A DNA stretch of 60,000 nt, taken from Schmidtea polychroa (taxonomy: Eukaryota). Shown here piece by piece: positions 54,367-60,000 of this stretch. The stretch is from positions 25,980,001 to 26,040,000 of the forward strand of contig CM097885.1 of the NCBI GenBank assembly GCA_044892525.1. The letters run 5' to 3'. The notes below the pieces were generated by a model that saw only the letters and a list, made by a program, of their open reading frames with translations, was not told the DNA's origin and searched no databases. The translations under genes and the position numbers were made by a program. Within the stretch, counting starts at the first letter, position 1. Each line of letters opens with the position of its first letter.

Positions 54367-54989
54367 GTCCCCATCTAATCAATGCCTTTATAAGTTCTTT
54401 GAAACTCAATTCAAACCATTTAAATATGAAACATGAACGTACACTAACTCTTCTTGAATATATTAATATTATACGGGTTTTGATATATTACATGTCAAAA
54501 TCATCAGCACGTTGTTGGGCTTTTCCAATTTCATACAATTGTGGCATATTTGACATGCCATTTCCATTTTAATTAGTTTATTATTCATCATCCAATTAAG
54601 AGTCTCAAAGAAAGTCATTTTGATTAAGCATTCCTCCAATAATTCAGATTTACTAAAGGCAAAAATTCATATAACACTGGTCAAACTATTTTAAAAATAT
54701 TTTTGTTTTTGATTTTATTGCTTTTTTTATGTATGTGTGACTAAAAAATGTCTTTAAAAAATATTAATTAGCTTCAGTATTAAAAATATATGCAAAGATT
54801 GTTTTTCTAATATTTCACAAAGTTCGAAACCTAAATTTAACATTATTCAAGCAAAAGATTACTAGAAATTTTATAAAGACACTGCTAAGTACCCATATAA
54901 TAGTTCATTGTGATGATAAAGTATATATATTTATTTGGTTGAAACATAATTCCTCTGTATTAGACTGTTCTCTTTTTATCTTTGTCTGT

Positions 54990-55440
54990 CGCTTGTACTC
55001 TACATTTAGGGCGTCCCTCGCAACAGTCCAGCAGTAGTCTGCTAATATCTCAGGACTCCATATTCCCTTATACCTGTTTCCCGTCGATATGTCCTAATGG
55101 AAACATTGACTATATTCATCGCTAACTGCACAACAGTTATCAGGGTAGAAGTCCAAATGAGAGTACAGGAATGAATCTCCAATGACATGTTGCAGTCTAA
55201 TTTCTGGTATGGTAACAGAAGTTTCGTCACAAGTTCTTTACAGTTCATTCTCCATGGAGATTCTGTACTTTAGGGATGGCACCATACAAAAATATCAGTC
55301 TTTCCATATCGTAGGAACGGTAAAAAGCATGGGAGGACCCTTTTCATTGAGCCAGTTCCGGAGGTTAGGAGCACAAGTATTGCAACAAATATGTGGTGCC
55401 CATCTTTTATCTTGGTCTTCACTCTTGCACCCAAGTAGGT
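54990..55440 (-). pseudogene. Internally deleted Chapaev3-like (CMC) transposase remnant, cut off by Polinton C
   Basis: DQDKRWAPHICCNTC, CNMSL..SHLDFYPDN..AVSDE and LADYCWT motifs. The superfamily label is from recall. Confidence 0.6.
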
Positions 55441-55574
55441 AGATAGTGGCCTACGGGAACAATTACCCCCCCCCCGGGGGGGGGGGGGGGGGGGTTTGTT
55501 CCCAAATTTTTATTACGCAATTGTTCCCAACTCATTTTTTTGCTTTCAGGGATTTTTGGTCCAAATTTTTTTTT

Positions 55575-56345
55575 ATCACACTATAGTGAGAGGGTCTTGA
55601 TGGTCCTGGGAATTTCTATACAAAAATCCGACTATCAATAAAAAAGTCAAGGATTATTCACACTATAGTGAGGGGGTCTCGATGGTCCTGGGATTTTCAA
55701 TACAAATAAAATTTTTTCTATACAAAAATCCGACTATCAATAAAAAAGTCAAGGATTATTCACACTATAGTGAGGGGGTCTCGATGGTCCTGGGATTTTC
55801 AATACAAAAAATTTTTTTCAATACAAAAAGCTGGTCTACACTAAAAAAGCCAAGGAATTTTCAGACTATAGTGAGGAGGTCTCGATGGTCCTGGGATTTT
55901 CAATACAAAAAAATTTTTTCTATACAAAAACGATGGTCCTGGGATTTTCAATACAAAAAAAAAAATTTCTATACAAAAATCCGACTACCACTAAAAAGCA
56001 TGGAATTTTCACGCTATAGTGAAGGGGTCTCGATGGTCCTGGGATTTTCAATACAAAAATCCTACTACCAATAAAAAAGCCAAGGATTTTTCAGACTATA
56101 GTGAGGTGAGTCTCCTTGGTCCTGAGAAATAGGTGGTCTACACTAAAAAAGCATGGTAATTTAAGGTCTCGGGATATTTTCAATACAAAAAGCTGGTCTA
56201 CACTAAAAAAGCATGGTAATTTAAGGTCTCAGGATATTTTCAATACAAATAGGTGGTCTACACTAAAAAAGCCAAGGATTTTTCAGACTATAGTGAGGTG
56301 AGTCTCCTTGGTCCTGAGAAATAGGTGGTCTACAGTAAAAAACGT
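55575..56345. repeat. Subterminal tandem repeat array I (modular units of about 60-125 bp)
   Basis: Recurring CA(C/G)ACTATAGTGAG, GATGGTCCTGGGATTTTCAATACAAAA and GGTCTACACTAAAAAAGC modules. Confidence 0.9.
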
Positions 56346-56900
56346 GGTAAATTTTTCAATTAAAGTAAATAATGGTCCTAAAAATTAAATTACAGTAAAT
56401 AATGGTTCTAAAAATTAAAGTAAATTATGGTTCAAATTTTTCAATTAAAGTAAATAATGGTCAAAATTTTTCAATTAAAGTAAATAATGGTTCTAAAAAA
56501 TTTAATTACAGTAAATAATGGTAAAAAATTTTCAATTAAAGTAAATTATGACTCAAATTTTTTAATTAAAGTAAATTATGGGTCTAAAAAAATTAAATTA
56601 AAGTAAATAATGGTTCTTAAAAATTAAATTACAGTAAGTATTGGTCCAAATTTTTCAATTACAGTAAATTATGGTTCTAAAAAATTAAATTAAAGTAAAT
56701 TAAGGTCCAAATTTTTGAATTACAGTAAATTATGGTTCAAATTTTTAAATTAAAGTAATGAATGGGCTCAAATAACTAAATTAAGGTTCTAAAAAATTAA
56801 ATTAAAGTTAATTAAGGTCCAAATTTTAAAATTAAGTAATCAATGGTCAAAAATTTTAAATTAAAGTTAAATAAGTAAATTAAAGTAATAATTTTTAAAT
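56345..56900. repeat. Subterminal minisatellite II (AATTA(A/C)AGTAAAT(A/T)ATGGT units of about 30 bp)
   Basis: Direct reading. Confidence 0.9.
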
Positions 56901-57076
56901 AAGTAATGTAATAAGTAAATTAAAGTAAGATTTTAAAATTTATTAACAAAAAGTTGAAATAATAGAAGGTGTTTGAGAATTGAAATTTTTTAATGAAAAT
57001 TTTTATGAAATAATTTTTCAATGATAATTTTAGATGGAAATTTTTAAGATAACTTTTAATGAAAATTTTAACGAAA

Positions 57077-57117
<41 letters not shown>

Positions 57118-57189
57118 TATCAACCAAATACATAAAAATGAACTAGACACATAAAACACAAACAATTAACAAATGTAAAGATATAAAAT

Positions 57190-57537
57190 TTATTCATCCA
57201 ATATTTGCTTGTAATAAGCTCTTCTTAATTCTGCTAGTAAAATATGAACAACTTCTTTCATCTTATATTCTTGGCAGCATCTACATCTAAACGGACATGG
57301 TAATTTCATCGGATCCATACATACTTCACAATCGTCTATGCATTTAAATCTTGATTCTTGTACAGATTCGAAATGTCTTCGTATAAGTTCTTCTATATTG
57401 ATCCCAGTTAATTGCTTGATTCTATAAGCTAATAATTCCGGAGCACAATATGAAAGTCTGTTCTTTATATTCGGGAACAATTCTTCCATCTTCGTTAATA
57501 TAGTCTGGAATATGTAAGCTTGCTTATCGTCATCCAT
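57190..57537 (-). CDS. 115-aa hypothetical protein with a Cys cluster
   Basis: Intact ATG ORF containing CIDDCEVC...CPFRCRCC, 49 bp downstream of the TBP-like gene on the same strand. Confidence 0.65.
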   Translation of the reverse strand: MDDDKQAYIFQTILTKMEELFPNIKNRLSYCAPELLAYRIKQLTGINIEELIRRHFESVQESRFKCIDDCEVCMDPMKLPCPFRCRCCQEYKMKEVVHILLAELRRAYYKQILDE

Positions 57538-57586
57538 TTTTGAATTTTTGTTATTGTAGATATTCAGTTAATTTAAACACAATTAA

Positions 57587-58072
57587 TTAAATTAATTTAA
57601 TTAATAAATATTCCAATATTTCTTCATTTGTTGTGATATTTATAGTTAATGATTTAATGAATTTCTGAATTTCTTGAATTTGATTAAAATAATCAAATGT
57701 TTTAATCCCTAATATAACAACTTTCCCACTTGAAAAAACATTTACACATAGGGGGTTATACTTGAGAATACGTAAAGCTGGAAATATTTCAGGCTCGTAG
57801 TAACTATCGGTTTTCCTTGACAATGCATTTAAATCAATGCATGTACCCATATCTAGCGTTAATGTAATTGATTGGATTTGTAAATCTTGAATCTGATATT
57901 TGAGATCGCCTTCCTGTAATGGTTTCTTACATCCCATTATCCTACATTTCCCGCTCTTGAAGAATAAAATTGGATATTTTCCACTTCTGTCCACGACATG
58001 TTGAGGTTTTCCTGATGGAAACTTCATTCCATTAACTACACATCTTCCTCTATAATTAATGTTGCTGATCAT
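57587..58072 (-). CDS. TATA-binding protein (TBP)-like protein, 161 aa, Polinton-encoded
   Basis: Two TBP-type repeats: ISNINY...ILFFKSGKCRIMGCK and IQSITLTLDMGTCIDLNALS...YEPEIFPAL...VNVFSSGKVVILGIK (compare TBP YEPELFPGL..LIFVSGKVVLTGAK). The start is supported by the remnant copy. Confidence 0.85.
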   Translation of the reverse strand: MISNINYRGRCVVNGMKFPSGKPQHVVDRSGKYPILFFKSGKCRIMGCKKPLQEGDLKYQIQDLQIQSITLTLDMGTCIDLNALSRKTDSYYEPEIFPALRILKYNPLCVNVFSSGKVVILGIKTFDYFNQIQEIQKFIKSLTINITTNEEILEYLLIKLI

Positions 58073-58122
58073 TCTAATTATTGTAATTATAAACAAATTA
58101 AATAAAATAATTTAATTAAAAA

Positions 58123-58746
58123 ATGGAATTAAGAAATGACGCAGTATATCAAATAGTTGGACCTAGTGGAAGCGGGAAAACTTTATTTGTATGTAATTTA
58201 TTACAATCAAACATGTTTAAATCTAAATTTAATAAAATATATTGGCATCGAGGTGCAGATGAAGAACATGGATTGACTCAAAACAGTTTCTGTAAATTAA
58301 AAATGACAATAATTAAAGGATTTGATAAAAATTGGTCATCTAGATTACGTCAAGGTGATGTTATTATTATCGATGATCTGTACCAGGAAGCAAATAAAGA
58401 AAAAGATTTTAATAATTTATTTACAAAAATCAGTAGACATTGTGGAGTTACAGTTATTTTCATTACACAAAATCTTTTTCATCAAGGTGGAAGTCATAGA
58501 ACACGTAATTTAAATGTCCAATATTTAATTATTTTCAAAAATCCTAGAGATCAAACAATAATAGATTTTCTTGCAAGACAAGCTTATCCAAATAATAGAA
58601 AATTTTTGATTGATTCATTCCAAGATGCAACAAAAATTCCTCATGGATATTTATTTTTTGATTTTACACAACAATGTCCAGATGATATGCGTATTAGAAC
58701 TGATATTTTTAATATAAACGGTGTTACGATTTATAAACAAAACTAA
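58123..58746 (+). CDS. A32/FtsK-like DNA packaging ATPase
   Basis: Walker A GPSGSGKT, Walker B IIIDD, then ISRH, ITQNLF, FKNPRD and PHGYL. Confidence 0.93.
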   Translation: MELRNDAVYQIVGPSGSGKTLFVCNLLQSNMFKSKFNKIYWHRGADEEHGLTQNSFCKLKMTIIKGFDKNWSSRLRQGDVIIIDDLYQEANKEKDFNNLFTKISRHCGVTVIFITQNLFHQGGSHRTRNLNVQYLIIFKNPRDQTIIDFLARQAYPNNRKFLIDSFQDATKIPHGYLFFDFTQQCPDDMRIRTDIFNINGVTIYKQN

Positions 58747-58765
58747 AAACTAAATAAAATTAATC

Positions 58766-58918
58766 ATGTCATTTAAAAAAGTAGTTGTTAAAAATCTTCC
58801 AAGTGTTTCGAAGAAAATTACCAAGAAAACAAAACGTACAAAGAAAACAAAAAGTGGATCAAAAGGTACAAAAACTACAAAAACTAAGAAACAAATCAAG
58901 AAGTGGATCAAATTATAA
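58766..58918 (+). CDS. 50-aa Lys/Thr-rich basic peptide (possible DNA-condensing core protein)
   Basis: MSFKKVVVKNLPSVSKKITKKTKRTKKTKSGSKGTKTTKTKKQIKKWIKL*, absent from the ORF track. The equivalent position in remnant B also encodes a basic stretch. Confidence 0.55.
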   Translation: MSFKKVVVKNLPSVSKKITKKTKRTKKTKSGSKGTKTTKTKKQIKKWIKL

Positions 58919-58947
58919 ACAAACCGTCGCGTAAATTAATAATAATA

Positions 58948-59274
58948 ATGAAATTTGAACGGAGCTTACCATATTTTAATGCTTTAATAAAGGCACCAAA
59001 TTCGAAACGAATATCAATTTTACAGTCTTTTCCATCATTTGTTATTGATGATTTACTTGAAGTTATTATAAATGTTGTCCGCGCTAATGTAAATATAACT
59101 AAAGCTAAAAGATTAGTATTGCAAAGACATAAAAGATCACTTTTATCTCTAGTTGATACAAAAAATCGTCGTCTAATGAGAAAGATAATATATAAACAAA
59201 AAGGAGGGTTCTTGGGTGCACTAATTCCTATAGTCTTATCTGCAATTAGTGCAATCTCATCATTAAGTTCTTAA
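58948..59274 (+). CDS. pX-like core protein
   Basis: Homolog of 2-475, ending QKGGFLGALIPIVLSAISAISSLSS. Confidence 0.78.
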   Translation: MKFERSLPYFNALIKAPNSKRISILQSFPSFVIDDLLEVIINVVRANVNITKAKRLVLQRHKRSLLSLVDTKNRRLMRKIIYKQKGGFLGALIPIVLSAISAISSLSS

Positions 59275-59528
59275 TGGGTATCAAGAGTTCATTACCAAAT
59301 AAAAATATTGTAGATTTTAATATTTTGACAACTTGTTGTAATAATGAAGGAAACGTATCACAAAACCAACACAAAAGTGGAAAAAATGAAAACAAAAGTG
59401 AAAACAAATGTGAAAACAAAAGTGAAAAAAGTGAAAACAATAGAGAAAAAGTTAAAAACCATATGGACAAACCCAAAAGATCCAGATGGTTTTGGTGGCG
59501 TAGAAAAATTAACAAAACGAGTGAATAA
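59274..59528 (+). CDS. Overprinted 84-aa protein with MGxxxS and CC motifs
   Basis: MGIKSSLP...FNILTTCCN...KRSRWFWWRRK. Its ATG overlaps the upstream stop (TAATG) and it reads -1 relative to integrase. Confidence 0.6.
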   Translation: MGIKSSLPNKNIVDFNILTTCCNNEGNVSQNQHKSGKNENKSENKCENKSEKSENNREKVKNHMDKPKRSRWFWWRRKINKTSE

Positions 59529-60000
59529 TTCAAAGAAAGAAACTCAGAAATGGTTATCTAATCAATTAGCATATAGTTTAAATAAACCAATGTTGAAACG
59601 TTTTCCAACAAGACCATACAAAACAATTGGAAACAATGATGTATGGCAAATGGATTTGATGGAAATGATACCTTATTCAAAAATTAACAAGGGGTACAAA
59701 TATATTCTGACTTGTATAGATGTTTTTAATAGATATGCTCGTGCTGTTCCTACAAAAACTAAATCTGCAAATGAAATGGCTGATGCGATAAAAGAAATGT
59801 TTGCAGATGGTAAACCTATTAATTTACAAACGGATTTAGGTAATTAAATTTAATTAATTAATTTTTAAATATATGATTTAGGTAAAGAATTTTATAACAG
59901 CAAAGTTAAAGAGGTTATCAAAGGAATAAACCATTACTCGGTATTTTCTCAGTTCAAAGCTGCTCACGTAGAACGATTTAATCGAACTTTAAGAGAACGC
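59344..60000 (+). CDS. rve integrase, 3' partial; join(59344..59839,59882..>60000)
   Basis: WQMDL, IDVF, QTDLG|KEF and VERFNRTL motifs; 42-nt GT-AG intron containing an in-frame stop. Confidence 0.92.

Larger units (their letters stand above)
55441..60000 (+). mobile_element. Polinton/Maverick element C, left arm (continues beyond the window)
   Basis: Packaging ATPase, pX-like and integrase genes. Repeat-rich terminal region begins near AGATAG at 55441; exact terminus uncertain. Confidence 0.88.

Noticed and set aside
55575..56345. CRISPR-like appearance and ORFs 55682-56074 and 56116-56301
   Set aside because: The spacers are themselves repeated modules, there are no cas genes, and the context is eukaryotic. 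The ORFs are repeat translations.
58073..58096. TTG-started N-terminal extension of the TBP-like ORF
   Set aside because: The remnant copy begins at the equivalent ATG (MLSNINY), supporting 58072.

Overview
This is AT-rich, TE-dense animal genomic DNA. Short 38-55 nt GT-AG introns, (AAT)n microsatellites and intronless actins ending [10 protein letters not shown] suggest a flatworm such as a planarian (inference). The window holds three related Polinton/Maverick (adintovirus-like) elements. Element A (<1-12335) is nearly complete: pX-like protein, integrase, minor and major capsid proteins, protease, pPolB, a RING protein and a right terminus ending CTACTACT. Element B (~15900-17560) is a decayed remnant. 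Element C (~55441->60000) is a left arm. Between them lie two actin genes, a young full-length Gypsy LTR element, the 5' exons of a carotenoid-oxygenase gene, and pogo, Merlin, hAT, piggyBac and Chapaev-like remnants. The main finding is that these Polintons carry their own TATA-binding-protein (TBP)-like gene head-to-head with the packaging ATPase, intact in C and as a syntenic pseudogene in B. Other features the ORF track does not reveal are a spliceosomal intron at the same site in both integrases, a conserved overprinted MGxxxS/CC lipidation-motif ORF over the integrase 5' end, a four-exon acidic poly-SIM-like gene, and phased AGGTCA-AGGTCA repeats in a terminus. All assignments come from motif recognition by eye; no searches were run.
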